64,000 nt of DNA from the human T2T-CHM13v2.0 reference genome, Homo sapiens. Below, piece after piece: positions 27,236 through 40,635 of the stretch (position 1 is its first letter; every line of letters starts with the position of its first letter). The notes under the pieces are model-generated. The model was given only the letters and a program-made list of their open reading frames with translations, was not told the DNA's origin and searched no databases. Location: assembly GCF_009914755.1 (NCBI RefSeq), contig NC_060927.1; one strand, written 5' to 3'. The translations under genes and the position numbers were made by a program.

Positions 27236-27335
27236 CTGCACTAGTCCAGTGTTTATTCCTAGTCTGTTTTGTTGCAATTGCAAAGCAAAACTGTTATATT
27301 TGCACTGCTAGGGGGAAAAAAGGAAGTTTTAGTAG

Positions 27336-27806
<471 letters not shown>

Positions 27807-27998
27807 CTTAAAAGTATCAGTTATCTTAATTGCTGCTTTCTCAAAATTCTGAGATAACTGTAAATAAAAAGCAATATTCCTGTTTGGATAAGGTAAAACA
27901 AGGTGTTCGAATTTCCTTTAGTGGAAGTCAGTATATCTAAGAGTGAAGATACTAATAAGCATTTTGGGATAAAATAATGATTAAATGGCCTATCATCT

Positions 27999-28550
27999 TT
28001 ATGCCATCCATTTCACCCCATCAGAAAAAAAAAAAAAAAAAAAAACAAGAACAAAACACCTCCAGTAGTTGCAGCACAGCAACTTCTTTAGATGACAATT
28101 GAATTCTGCACTTGATCTTAGCCAAAAGGTATAGATGACAATTGAACTGTAAATATTCATCACATCTCTAGGAAGAGTCTGGAGATTTAAGGATACCAAA
28201 TTTCTAATTTGATTTCTATGTTTGGCTAAATATCCTTTAGTAAAGAACCAGTGGGACCTATCTTTTATTACGTAATAAGATCTTTGAATTGGGTAATTAA
28301 CAACATAATGATTACAAAAGATATTCAGAAGTCTTAATACTGAAAGTCTTCTTTGTACCTGCCTGAAGAGCACACATTTTTGTTCCTTAGTCCACTTCAC
28401 AGATTTTCTTCCCTGGCCTTTATACAATGGGAAAACATTCCCTTCCTTCTCTGAATATTGCTGTTGTATAGTAGAGACACAGAGCTGTTCATTCATAAGG
28501 TTAAAACTAAAACGAGAGACAAAAATAAGGCATATATTAATGGTACACAA
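27999..28550 (-). pseudogene. 183-codon non-repeat ORF, likely containing a pseudo-exon (~28060-28362)
   Basis: Longest ORF in the track and not repeat-derived; ctcttcag acceptor at 28364-28363, GAG|GTGTTT donor at 28059; same strand as the other segments. Confidence 0.45.
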
Positions 28551-29620
28551 AACAAAAGGTTACTGCAGCATGCCCCGGCAATACTTGTCCTGTATGGATA
28601 AAATCTGAAGTTTTTTTATAGCTATTATAAATGACGAAAGAAAAAAGACATGCTCCTTGTCCTCCCCTCTTCCTGCCCCACACCCTGTCACCTGCCGTGC
28701 ACTGTATTTCTTCACTTACGAATGTTAACGAACCACTTAAAACTTAAGTGGTTAAGTTTAAACAGAGGTAGCCAGTGGATTAAGAACACAAATACAATTT
28801 GAGTCAGAAGCAATTTTTTCCTTTTCATAGGAGGTTAACATAAGACAGTTCTTGTTGTACTGTTTCTTGTACTTTCTGAAAAAATTCTGACAAAAAGCAA
28901 TGTAAATGAAATCCATAAAAGACAGGAAAGAAACCTAACTTTTATGTACTATATCCAAATTTCACTTAACAAAGCTCTATATAAAGTAATTTATTACTGT
29001 ATGTATCACTGAGGTGTTTATATATATAATATTATATATATATATACATATATATATATGCCACTTTCTCTTTAACTTCTCTATAACTAATTCTGAGTAT
29101 TCACAGCCAGTCAGTGTGAACTGTGCATATTACAAACACCTTCAGCCACTTAGTGTGGCACACATTGGAGTGTGGGTTGCAGTGATTGTTGTTTTATTCT
29201 GCTATGAGCTTTTATTTGCCATTCATTTTGTGTTCTCACTGACAGTTTTGGATCCATATAAGACATGCCAGTGATGGTGATGCACTGATGGTGATGCACC
29301 TTCCAAAAGAAATAAAGGGAAAGTACCATGCAAGCTTAAGGCTTGAAGCAACTTCAAGGAGCAGGTCAAAAGAATCAGACGGTAAAGCAGACTGAGAAGT
29401 TAAGGGTGAACGTTATGAAGGATAGCATAAAAATCTCTATGGAGTGGGAGGACTGAGCCTCAATTATATGAGCTGGAGTGGAAGAAACTAAGGCCTGAGG
29501 ATGGTCAAACCCTCAAAGAATATGAGGACAATAGTCATTACTATTATAAAATACAAGAATGCAAATCCATAAGAATTTGGATTTATGACCTGTATTGTGC
29601 TCATTCACTCAATATGTTCC

Positions 29621-29979
29621 TGCATTAATCTGCTTAGGCTACCATAACAGAATACCATACACTAGGTAGCTTTAACAATAGATATTTATTTCCTCACAGT
29701 CCTGGAGGCTAGAAATCTTACATCAGAGTGCAGGCATAGTTTAGTTCTGATGAGAGCCCACCTCCCAACTTATAGACAGCCACCTTCTAGCTGCGTTCTC
29801 ACATAGTGGATAGAAAGGGTGAGCTCCCTGGTGTCTCTTCTTATAAGGAGACTATTCCTATCAGGACCCATTCTTATGGCTTTATTAAACCTGAATTACT
29901 TCCTTCCTCCAAATGCAGTCACAAAAAAATTAGAGCATCAATATATGAACTTCAGGGGGACACAATTCAGTCCATAGCT
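29621..29979 (-). mobile_element. MLT1A-type solo LTR
   Basis: 'ttaggctaccataacagaataccatac...tttatttcctcacagtcctggaggctag...gggggacacaattcagtccatagc'. Confidence 0.88.
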
Positions 29980-30199
29980 GTTCTTTTTCTGGAAATTCTT
30001 CCATATTCTCCTACAGTGGTCTTGCGTGTATGTGCAACTGTACAGGCAGAATCTTTACTTTATAATAACTGGACTAGCATGAAAACATTTTGTTTCTGTA
30101 AGCAGAAACAAAATCCAAACTGACCTTTCTTGACTAAATGTTTGGCCAAGTCTTTTTCACATTTCATCTCTCTGAAACTGACTCTTCTTTTTTCTTCCA

Positions 30200-30392
30200 T
30201 CTTTTAAGGTCCCTGTAATATGTTAGACCCAGCTGGATAAATAAGGCAAATTCTCATTTTAAAGTCACCTGATTACAGGCCTTAATTTCATCTAAAGCCT
30301 TAATTCCGCCTTGCCATGTAACACAATATCTTCATATGTACCACAGAATATAATGTGGATATCTTTGGTGGACCACTAATTTGCCTCCTGCA
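30200..30392 (-). mobile_element. MLT1 LTR fragment
   Basis: 'ttttaaggtccctgtaatatgttagacccagctggataa...gccatgtaacacaata...tggatatctttgg'. Confidence 0.55.
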
Positions 30393-32544
30393 ATACTCAT
30401 ATGATTATATAGCACTACATTTCTTGTACCTGTAATATAAAAAGAACAAGTAAATAAAATCATTAAGTTTGAAACCTGGATTTGACCTACTATTATTCTC
30501 CTCAGCATTTTAATTTCTGGCTTCCTAAAAATGGGCCTTTTCAAATTAAATAATACTCAAATCAGATTCTGGATGTAAAGTACATTTAATCAATGGCACA
30601 CAATTCAACTGTCCTCCAATTCTCTTTAGCATACAGTCAGCTGACATTTGCAAATTTTGAAACATTTTAATAAAGAGACTAACACAAACTTTGGGATAGG
30701 GAATATACTGAATTTGAAATTAAGGTTCAGCATATTCCAATTTCAAACTGTGAAATGTTTTAAAGAGGGAGTACATATTAGCAAAGAAATGGCCATATTT
30801 AATGTCGATTTTGAAATATGAACTTTTTTCTATTACTGTTAAGTACACAATTGGCTGTTAAAAATAATTACTATTCCAATTATATTTTGTACAGAGAGAA
30901 TATAAAACTACTGTAATGTTACTTTCATGATCCTGGAAAATGCTTACATTTATGTTACTTTATACAACAATACACTCTTTTTCAAATAATATATAAACAT
31001 ACATATTTATTTTAAATGTCATATTTACTAAATCCTTATTATATGCAGTGTTTAGAAGGACACAAAATTGTACAATATATTGACCCTCTAGAATTTACAG
31101 ATCTAGTAGGAGAAGAAAAATCTATATATATATATATAAGATATTACCTTTTATATCTTATGTTTTCTTTTAATGCAATTAACATAAATATAATTTTTTC
31201 CATTTTTAATTTTTAAGATCAAAACTACAGTTTTGAATTAATATAATTCAGTTAATTTTACCAAAGGTCTTTTGGGAGAATGTGACAAACAAACTCCATG
31301 TTTTTGTATTAAAGAACTCTGTGTTCTTTAGTTGAATGAGCATAGCTGTTTTGCTCCTTTAGCTTCTGAACACATATTCTCGCAGTAATCAAAAGTGAGG
31401 GTAAAAATAATTAAAGCATCAAAAGGGTCAGTACCTGCACACACACACACACAGACACACACCCACCTTATATTCATGGATCATGTATTAAAATTACAAA
31501 AAAAGAGGAAAAACTATGTTGTATAAATATTTCATGCTTAGTCCTGGCGTATAAAATTAAGTGATAAACTAATAAATAAAGAATTCTTAAAGAATTACAG
31601 GCATACCTCATCTCATTGCACTTTACTTTATTGTGTCACATATGTTTCATGTTTTACAAATTGAAGGTTTGTGGCAACCCCACAACAAGATTGGCACAAC
31701 TGTTCCAACAGCAGATACTCCATTTCTCTGTGTCATATTTTAGTAATATTGCAATATTTCAAGCATTTTCATAATTATTATATCTGTTACAGTGATCTAT
31801 GGCCAAAGATCTTTGATGTTAATATTGTCATTTTGGGGGGGTTCCCATAAATTACACCCATATAAGATGGCAAACTTAATAAAGGTTTATGTTCTGACAA
31901 TTAAACTGACTGGCTGTTGCCAAGTCTCTCTCATTCTCTTAAGGCTTCCCTATCCCCTGAGACACAATATTGAAATTAGGCTAGTTAAGAACCCTACAGT
32001 GTCCTGTAAGCATTGAAGTGAAAAAAAAAGAGTTGCATATCTTTTACTTTAAATCAAAAGCTGAAAATGATTAAGCTTAGCAAGGAAGGCAGGTCAAGAG
32101 CCTAGCTCAGCTGAAATTTAGGCCACTTGCTCCAGTTAGCTAAGTTGTGACTAGAAAGGAAAAGTTCTTGAAGGAAATTAAAAGTGTTACTCCAGTAAAC
32201 ACACAAATAATACAAGAGCAAAAAGCCTTATTGCTGATATATAGGAATTTTGAATGGTCTGGATAGAAGTCCAGCCAGCCACAACATTCCCTTAACAGAA
32301 GCCTAGTACAGAGCAAGGCCTTAACTATCTTCAACTCTATGAGGCCTGAGAGAAGTGAGGAAGCTACAGAAGAAAAGTTGGAAGCTGTCAGATAATGGCT
32401 CTTGAGGTTTAAGAAAAGGGGCCATTTCAATAACATAATAGTACCAGGGGAAGCAGCAAGTGTTAATATAGAAATGTAGAAGCAGTAGCAAGTTATCCAG
32501 AAGGACTAACTAAAATAATTGATGAAGGTGGCAGGTGGATACAT

Positions 32545-32790
32545 TCTTTCTCCCTTCCCTTCCCCTCCCTCCCCTCCCCTCCCTCCCCTCCCCTCTCTCC
32601 CCTCCCCTCCCCTCTCTCCCCTCCCTTCCCCTCCCCTCATCTCCCCTCCCCTTCCTTCCCTATGCCTTCCCTCTCCCCTCCTTTCATCTTCTTCCTCCTC
32701 CTTTCTTCTTTCTTCTTCCCTCTTCTACCTTTCTCCTCTTCCTCCTCCTTCTTCTCTCTCTTTCTCTCTCTCTCCTCTCTCTCCCTTTTT
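32545..32790. repeat. Polypyrimidine (CCCCT/CCT/CT)n tract, expanded tail of an Alu monomer
   Basis: ~245 nt of almost pure C/T. Confidence 0.92.
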
Positions 32791-32910
32791 CTGAAAGACA
32801 GGGTTTCACTATGTTGTCCAAGATGGTCTTGCACTCCTGGGTTCAAGCAATTCTCCTGCCTCAGGCTCCTTAGTATCTGAAACAACAGCTGTATGCCACT
32901 GCCATCAGCT
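32791..32910 (-). mobile_element. FLAM/Alu left monomer nested in Tigger1
   Basis: 'gacagggtttcactatgttgtccaagatggtcttgcactcctgggttcaagcaattctcctgcctcagg'. Confidence 0.8.
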
Positions 32911-33333
32911 TTGATTTTCCATGTAGGTGAAACAGCATTCTATTGAAAGAGGATGTCATCTAGGACTTACATAGCTAGAGAGGAGAAGTAAATGCCTAGG
33001 TTCAAAGCATCAAAGGACAGACTGGCTTTCTTGTTAGGAGCTAGTGTAGCTGCTGACTTTAAGTGGAAGCTAATGCTCATTTACCATTCTAAAAGTTTCG
33101 GAGTCCTGAAGAATTATGCCAGTGCTACTCTGTCTATGCCCTATAAATCGAACAACAAAGCCTGGACGATAGCACATATGTTTACAGCATGGTATACTGA
33201 ATGTGTAAGCCCACTGTTGGAATCTAATCCTCTGGGAAAAAAAAGATTCCTTTCAAAATATTATTCATCATTAACAATGCATCTCATCACTGAAGAGCTC
33301 TGGTGGAGATGCACAAGGAAAGGAATGTTGGCC

Positions 33334-34382
33334 TTTTATTGTTACACAGTAACTAACTGTACATATTTATGGGGCGCATGTAATATTTTAATAAATGCAT
33401 ATAATGTATAATGATCAAATCAGGGTATTTAGGATATCCATCACCTTAAACATTTACGATTTGTGTTCAGAAGATTTCAAATTTGTCTTCTAGCTACTTT
33501 GAAATATACAATGAATTACTATGTAGTCACCCTACTGTGCTACCGAACACTACAACTTATTCCTTCTATCTAACTGTACATTTGTACTTACTAACCAACC
33601 TCTTTTCATCATCCACCCCCACCACCACCATTCCTAGACTCTGGTAACCATTATTCTACTCTCTGCCTTCAAAAGATTAACGTTTTTATCTCCCACATAT
33701 GAGCGAGGACACATGATGTTTGCCTTTCCGTGCCTGGCTTATTTCACTTAACATAATGACCTCCAGTTCCACCTATATGGCTATGAATGACAGGATTTTG
33801 TCCTTTCTATGGAGGAATAGTACTCCATTGTGTATATGTACCACATTTTCTTTATCTATTTACCCACTGATGGACACTTAGGTTGATTCCTTATCTTGGC
33901 TATTGTGAATAGTGCAGATCTCTCCTTGATTTACTAATTTTATTTCTTTTGGATGTGTGTGTGTGTATATATATATGTGTATACATATATACATATATAC
34001 ATATATGTGTATACATATATACATATATACATATATATGTATATATACATATATACGTATATATGTATATATACATATATACGTATATATGTATATATAC
34101 ATATATACGTATATATGTATATATACATATATACGTATATATGTATATATACATATATACACACATACACATATATATATACCTTTATATATAGATAGAT
34201 AGATAGATAGATTATATGGTAGATCTATTTTAGTTTTTTGAGGAGGCTTGATACTGTTTTTCATAGTGGCTGTACTAATTTACAGTTTTACCAACAGTAT
34301 ACTGGTGTTTACCTTTCTCCACATACTTGCCAACATCTGATATTTTTGTCTTTTTGATAACATTTTAACTGGGGCAAGATGA
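33334..34382 (-). mobile_element. L1MA 3' fragment nested in Tigger1
   Basis: Antisense L1 3' UTR ('tgtacatatttatgggg...ggcttatttcacttaacataatgacctccagttcc...ccactgatggacacttaggttgattcc'). Confidence 0.9.
33952..34213. repeat. Complex (TG)/(TA)/(CA) microsatellite with 26-bp higher-order unit, followed by (GATA)n
   Basis: Unit atatgtatatatacatatatacgtat repeated about 4 times; source of the spurious YIYI ORFs. Confidence 0.95.
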
Positions 34383-34499
34383 TAAACTTGCTTGACGCAA
34401 TCTTTCAATTTGTTAAAAAAATGCAGTATGCGTGAAGTACAATAAAGTGAAGCACGCTAAAACAAGATATGCCTGTATTTTACTTGCTAAATTAATTTG

Positions 34500-35620
34500 C
34501 TATTACTGTTTTAATTCATAAGATAGAAATTTAGATTATTTAGTTTCATAATTTTCTTTTCTTATTTATGCATTTGATTCTATTATTTTTAAGCATGCTT
34601 TTCACTGTTTTCCACAGGTTTTCACATATTCTATTTCTATTAAATTCAGTTCAAATTAATTTATAATTTTGTTTGTGTTTTTTTTTTTTTTTTTTTTTAC
34701 TCATGGTTTATCTTAGCATAGTGTGCTTAATTTATAAAACTTTGGTATTGTTTAGATTTTTAAAACATTGATTTCTAACTTAATTCCTTTCGAGAAAAAG
34801 AACATGCTTGGAAATTATTTTAATGCTTTGAAAAATTTTCAGTCTTACTTTAGGTCTCAATATACTGCCATTTTGGTAAACATTGTATGGGCATTTGAAG
34901 AAAAGATTTTTCAGTCACGTTGAATTTAGTGTTTTTTATGTAACAATTACATTAATCTTTTTTTAGATCTTTTATGTCTTTTCTAATGTATTTTTCTTTA
35001 TATTCCATCAACTAGGAAAAAAAAGTTTGTTTTAAAGTCTCTCATATGTGACATGGATTTTCAATTTCTTCTTTTACTTCTGTCAATTTTTGCTTCATGT
35101 ATTTTGAAGCTCTGATACTCAGTAGATATAGATTTTATTTATCTACATATCTTCCTTGTGGGTTGACACTTTTATTTTCATGAAATATATTTCTATTTCT
35201 AATATGTCTTGTGGAATTAAAGTTGACTTTAGTGCTGATATAGTTTCACCAGTTTTATTTTGCCTAATGTTGGCATAGTATATCTTTTTCTGTATTTCTA
35301 AGTTTAACTTTATTGAATTTGTGTTTAACACATGTTTTTATATTTAAAGTTAAGGTAAATTCTTATATTTGAGGTCTATCTCTTGTAAGCAGTGTATAAT
35401 TGGATTTTTATAAAATTATTGATATATTTACTTTTATATTTATCATCTTATGATTTGTTTTATGTTTGCCATCTTTTTAATATTCTCTTTTTCTCTCCAT
35501 TTTGCCTATTGTTGAATTAAGTTAGTTTTATTATATGACATTTCCCGTTAAAGAAAAAAGTTAAAGAGAAAAGTTAGGCATTCTTTTACTATTATTTTAA
35601 GTAGATATTGTAAAGAATAT
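34500..35620 (-). mobile_element. Old L1ME remnant
   Basis: T-rich antisense L1 ('ttgatttctaacttaattcc...gtcaatttttgcttcatgtattttgaagctctg'). Confidence 0.65.
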
Positions 35621-36014
35621 AAAATGCGTTTTTTGAGTTAGTATATAGATATTATAAAATCTAATATATATTTAAATTAATATAAAATATAGTTAATATA
35701 AAATATTATTTTTCTACTTTCAATAAAATTTTCAACTAAGTTCCTATCAGTTTTCTCACCCTTTCATTGAAAAAAAGTGTTTGCTTCTCTGTAGTAGTTC
35801 CTTAGTTAAAATTTTGCTAATTGCATCTTGTATTGTCATATTGCTATGCCCTATGGTTCTTTCCAATTAGTAATTGGATATAGAGGCTTTATCTGATTTG
35901 AATTTGATTTTTTTTTTACCTAGTACATGTCGTAGATTGTGATGTGTATTTCTAGTAGGTGGTATGTAATATATAATTGTCTGTCTTTCAGTGATCTTAT
36001 TGGCCAATGGAGTA

Positions 36015-36790
36015 CTTTCAAATTGGAAATACACAGAAAACCTAAAAAAATGAAAAACTTATCTCAAATATTGTGAGAATTTAAAATATAACTAGTTATA
36101 AAACACAACATACAAAAATTAATAGCATTCATATATGCAACAAAATTGGTTAGATGATGTAATGGAAGAAAAGAGTTCATCACTATAGTAATAAATAAAT
36201 AGATAGAAAGACAAGTAGATATAAAGTACCTAGATGAAACTTAACAAAATACAAAAGTTGACTGGAAGAAGTGGAAAGGCATACTATGTTCTTGATTAAG
36301 CAATCTCAACATTATAAAGTTACGAATATCCCTACAATAAACTATAGAATTAAAACAGTTGCAGTATAAACATCATCAGTTTCAACTATCTCCACCCCCA
36401 GAACTTAAATTGACTATAAAGTTTGCTTGAAAAAACAAACTAGCATAAATATCTAGAAAAAGAGAAACAGAAGAAGGTAAAAACAATTGTATATGGGAGT
36501 AGGGGTGGGAGTGAGTAGTCTCTGCCGATATTAGAATATATTGTAAAGCCCCTATAATTAAGATAGTGTTGTATTAGCCCATGAATAGAGAAATAAATCA
36601 ACAGAGCAGAATTAGAAAAAGAAAACATAAGTAAACTTTTGGTATTTGAATATAGACATTTGATAAAATATTTGATAAGGGTGCCATTTCAAATTAGGTG
36701 GATAAAGATGGAGTTCTTAATAAGTGGTATTATTCCAACTAGATATCATTACAGAAAATAATAAGATTGAAACCTAATCTTAAATCACCT
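36015..36790 (+). mobile_element. Old L1ME ORF2 remnant
   Basis: 'tacaaaaattaatagcattcatatatgc...tgttcttgattaagcaatctcaacattataaag...tttgataagggtgccatttcaaatt'. Confidence 0.65.
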
Positions 36791-37189
36791 GCATTTATGT
36801 GTGTATGTGTTGGGGAGCCATCCTCCAGTGTGCTCTATTAGATAGGCTGTCCTGTACAGCTATCTCTAGTGTGACCACCTATCTCTTGTCTAATCTTATT
36901 GTGTTTGTCTAGTTCTAGTGTTGATTCCTGCCTCAATCAGTTGGAGCAGATGCATATGATTACATTCAATTATCAGTTTACATGCCACTGCATAATATAT
37001 TTGAAACAGATTTTTAAAGTCACATTTCTTAAAAGGTATCTGTGTTTATTATAGACACAAGAGCTTCAAGATCTTCCCTTGCAGCCAGAGTACAATTTAA
37101 TGAAATGACCTAATTATTAATGAATATTATATGTAATGTACATATTCAAAAGGAGTAGTACAACTTATTATTCAAAAAACTAATAGGCC

Positions 37190-37629
37190 ATTGTTTCAGA
37201 TTTTTAATTTCTCATCTAATCTCTTCTCAAATCTTTTTCAACTTTCTTTTGCATAGTTCATTTGACTTGGAATCTGATGAAATAATTCTGACTTCTTGAT
37301 AAGCTCTTGAAATAAGCCCCTGTTACTATGGGAAGGTATCCAAAATTTATGGATCAGTAATCTGATCCAGACTGGCAACTCCTATGGAATGAACTAAATT
37401 TCCCTTTTACTGTGTTCACCCTCTCACATGAAGCATCTAGTCACAGCTCTATTCAACCACCGCAAACCACTCTTCAAAAATCACTTCCACAGGGCATGCT
37501 CCTCCTTTTCATATAGCATCCAATTTTCTATGACTGTCTTGATAAATTGGATGAATCTTTGTGTGAATGTCATGTCTGACATTTTTTGTAGTTGAATGTC
37601 TTCCTTCTGTAGCACAGATTCCAGGCTTT
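37190..37629 (-). pseudogene. Candidate large pseudo-exon
   Basis: ttattcag acceptor; SLESVLQKEDIQLQKMSDMTFTQRFIQFIKTVIENWMLYEKEEHALWK*FLKSG..., with the same frame continuing past scattered stops to ...FQELIKKSELFHQIPSQMNYAKES*. Confidence 0.45.
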
Positions 37630-40329
37630 CTGAATAACTAAGATTCAATATAAGATTCAATACAAGATTCTATATATTCAATCATGTATATATAGATGAG
37701 TCTTGGCTGGTAACAAACAATGTAATAAAGTCCAAAAGAGGCGTAAGTTTGAAAAGATTAGCAGAAATGTTTTTCCAATCATTCTAGAAAATATATTGAG
37801 AAAGAGGTAGAGGATATAATAGTACCAGACAAAATTTTCAAAGTTTTGAGGTCCTAGTAAGATTTTCAGGATAGTAGGAAGAGTCACAAGAATGTTAGAT
37901 TCTAGTCTTGCCTCTTTTAGTTCTATGACTTTGATGCAATAACTTCAGTTTAATTTTCTTGTTTATATCAATGAAAGATTGGCCCAAATAATCATTAACA
38001 GCCTTTAACATTTGACTTTGGTTAATCTAAACTTTGATACCAGACATAGACAAGACTGGATTTTCAAGTGGCTAAGCCTGACCACTTTGTTTTGAGGGAG
38101 ACAGGGAAGACTCCCTTTCAAAAATAATTCACTTAACTTATGCTCTGGATTTGCAATTAAATGTATGGCATCTTTGTAATTATACAAGCTGAACTGATTC
38201 CTTACAGCTTACCAACATATGAATCCAGACCTAGAATAAATGTTGCTCTCTAAGTAGAGTAAAACTACTCTACTCAGGGACAGAAATAGGGGAGGAAACT
38301 ACTTTTAAAAGAGGAGGTAGAAACATTTTTCTACTTTGAAATCAATCTCAGTCAACTTTTTCAAAAAACAGCAGTCAACCTCCAGGTGACTTTCCAATAT
38401 GATTTTCTCTTTGATTCCCACAGGTATGCTAAACAAGAAGCCTGGGGAGAAAAATCCACTTGATTAAAAGTTGCCTATGGGAAGAGATTTGGCAGCACCA
38501 TTATCCTTTCTAGATTTCTAATCTTCAGAAAAAATTGTATTATATAAAATTCCTAAGATGTTTAGATCAAAAGCAGAGCTTAAAAGAAGATATATTCGGT
38601 GGTGAATGACAATGCATGTTAAGACATGCAAGTTTATGTTACAGAAATATGAAACAAATGGAAGAGGAATGAGCAACCTATTGTGACATAATATTTAGAT
38701 ACCTATCTGTCCTGGCTTTCCTAAATGTGCATCAAAATAGTTATGAAAAAGTTGTAAAATATTGGACAAGCATATATGCATGTAATATAATAAAATCCAG
38801 ATAAGACAAAAATTCAAGAAAATAGCTTGAAAATAGATATGTTCATTAATTAATCCTAGAAAATCAATAATACAGCAGAGGCTATGATTACACAGCATAA
38901 TAACTTTAAACTTCTGGGGTTTACAAAAGATTTTCTGGGTGGCAGAGAATATTTACAAAAACCCATCCCAGAAAGAGCAGATAGAATTTGCCCTCTCAAA
39001 ATCAGCACCAGTCTCACAGCAGACACAAACTGGAAATAGGAAAAAATAAATAAATGAAGGTCTCAGCCAACACCAAATACAGAAGAATCATTTTTTACAG
39101 GCAGAAAGTAATTATCCAGCTGGAAGTTAGCCAAGACACCAGAGAGAGTGAACATCCCTATTCTGTCTCAAAATTCTGTGGGATTTTTAATGAACACAAA
39201 TGGTCATGACCTTGAGTTTTATGCTCCATCCACAAAAAGAACTTAACAGCAATGCTAGGCTGTTTCCTTCCCTCTACCCCTGCTGCAGGGTAGAGGGAAC
39301 CACAGATTAGGGATTCTGTGAATTCCATGTGGATAATGAGGACCCCTGTACAAATTGTTCAGTTCAATTAAATGACTAATTTTACAGGATAGCAACCTTG
39401 CTATTTGGCTGCTAATGTCAGACTGCAAAACTGCTTAATGAATTCCTAACAAGGAATTAAGTATTTTAATAGTAAAGTGGATATCATCTATAAGGACTTA
39501 CTACTGCTTTTGCTGCCACTTGGAATACCTCGTGTATTCTCCCCAACACCAGTTTTACTTTTGTTCATTAGTCATGGCTTCCCTGTCTCAGACTAATTTT
39601 GTACACTTGCATTTTATTTTCAGAGAATGGATGACAGATTAGCCAGATTGCACATCATAATAAGCAAGAATCCATGTCATGTAAATCACAGAGCCGAGCA
39701 TCCACTTCTCTCTGCCAAAGGCAGTAGTCTTGGAAGTTGCCAGCTAAAATGACAGCCCTCAGGTTGCATACCAAGCATCATTCATGAGAGAGTAGAGCTT
39801 CTTAACATGAACAACATATGACTTTACAGGTACAGCCCACAGATTACCAAAGAGAAAAATTGTCTAGAAGGGCACTGTTATAATGGGACTGTAGTGAAGT
39901 AACAGAAAGGAAACGATGTACATTTATGCACAAGACCTTGTACTAAAAATTGTATATATATTCTTTCATTTGGTCTTTTCAGCAATTGAATACGTAACAT
40001 TAATGTTTTTTAACAGACGAGGTAGAGGGATATTATGAGGAACCCAAGCAACTAACACTCTTTTTCCACCTTCCCAAGCTTCTTTAGAATTAAAAACACA
40101 AAACACACACCAACACACACAAACCAAGCCTAGAAGTTCAAGCTGTTCACAGATTTGAAAAGAGAAATATTGTGGTATGAATATTCCCTACTTTTGTGTT
40201 GTATCTATTGGAAAACCACAACAATTAATTTGTGGTATAAAGGCATAAATCCAGAGAATGATGTTGTATTGTGTCAGTCATTTCTCTATTTTTTTCCTGG
40301 ATGCTTTTTCTCACTTTATGTGCATCACT

Positions 40330-40635
40330 CTATGAAAGGGCCAGCTCTTTAAAGCTATATTTCCCATCTTGCTATCTTGCTTCTATCAGAGTTCAGTTAA
40401 TGATAGAAAATTGGAATAACACTGAAGGACAAGAGAAAGAAAAGCCAGGGTGTGTCCACTCTCTCTGCTTCCGGCGGTGGGCAGTGACTTTGTTCTCTCC
40501 TCTAGCTTCAACTCTTACCAAATTACCCTGCTTCCCAGATCGCAGCTGTTGATGGGGAACCCAACTTCAGTTCACAATCTGGTAACACTCTCTCCTCCCT
40601 TTGTCCTTTCAGCCTGGCGGTGATAACTGCTGGTT
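40330..40635. mobile_element. LTR33-like ERVL LTR fragment
   Basis: 'ggtaacactctctcctccctttgtcctttcagcctggcggtgataactgct' is recalled from LTR33. Confidence 0.45.

Larger units (their letters stand above)
31598..34475 (+). mobile_element. Tigger1 (TcMar) DNA transposon, defective, with nested insertions
   Basis: TA-caggcatacctc...gatatgcctg-TA termini. ORF 32992-33411 (MPRFKASKDRLAFLLGASVAADFKWKLMLIYHS...) is a Tigger1 transposase remnant. Confidence 0.93.

Noticed and set aside
32519-32885. Pro/Ser/Leu-rich and Glu/Arg/Lys-rich ORFs
   Set aside because: Translations of the polypyrimidine tract.
33878-34264. Tyr/Ile-rich ORFs in several frames, and a repeat-spacer (CRISPR-like) appearance
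   Set aside because: Microsatellite artefact; no unique spacers, and the context is eukaryotic.
37641-37676. 12-bp unit x3 (aagattcaatat); also a 14-bp duplication at 29272-29299
   Set aside because: Ordinary short slippage duplications with no sign of function.
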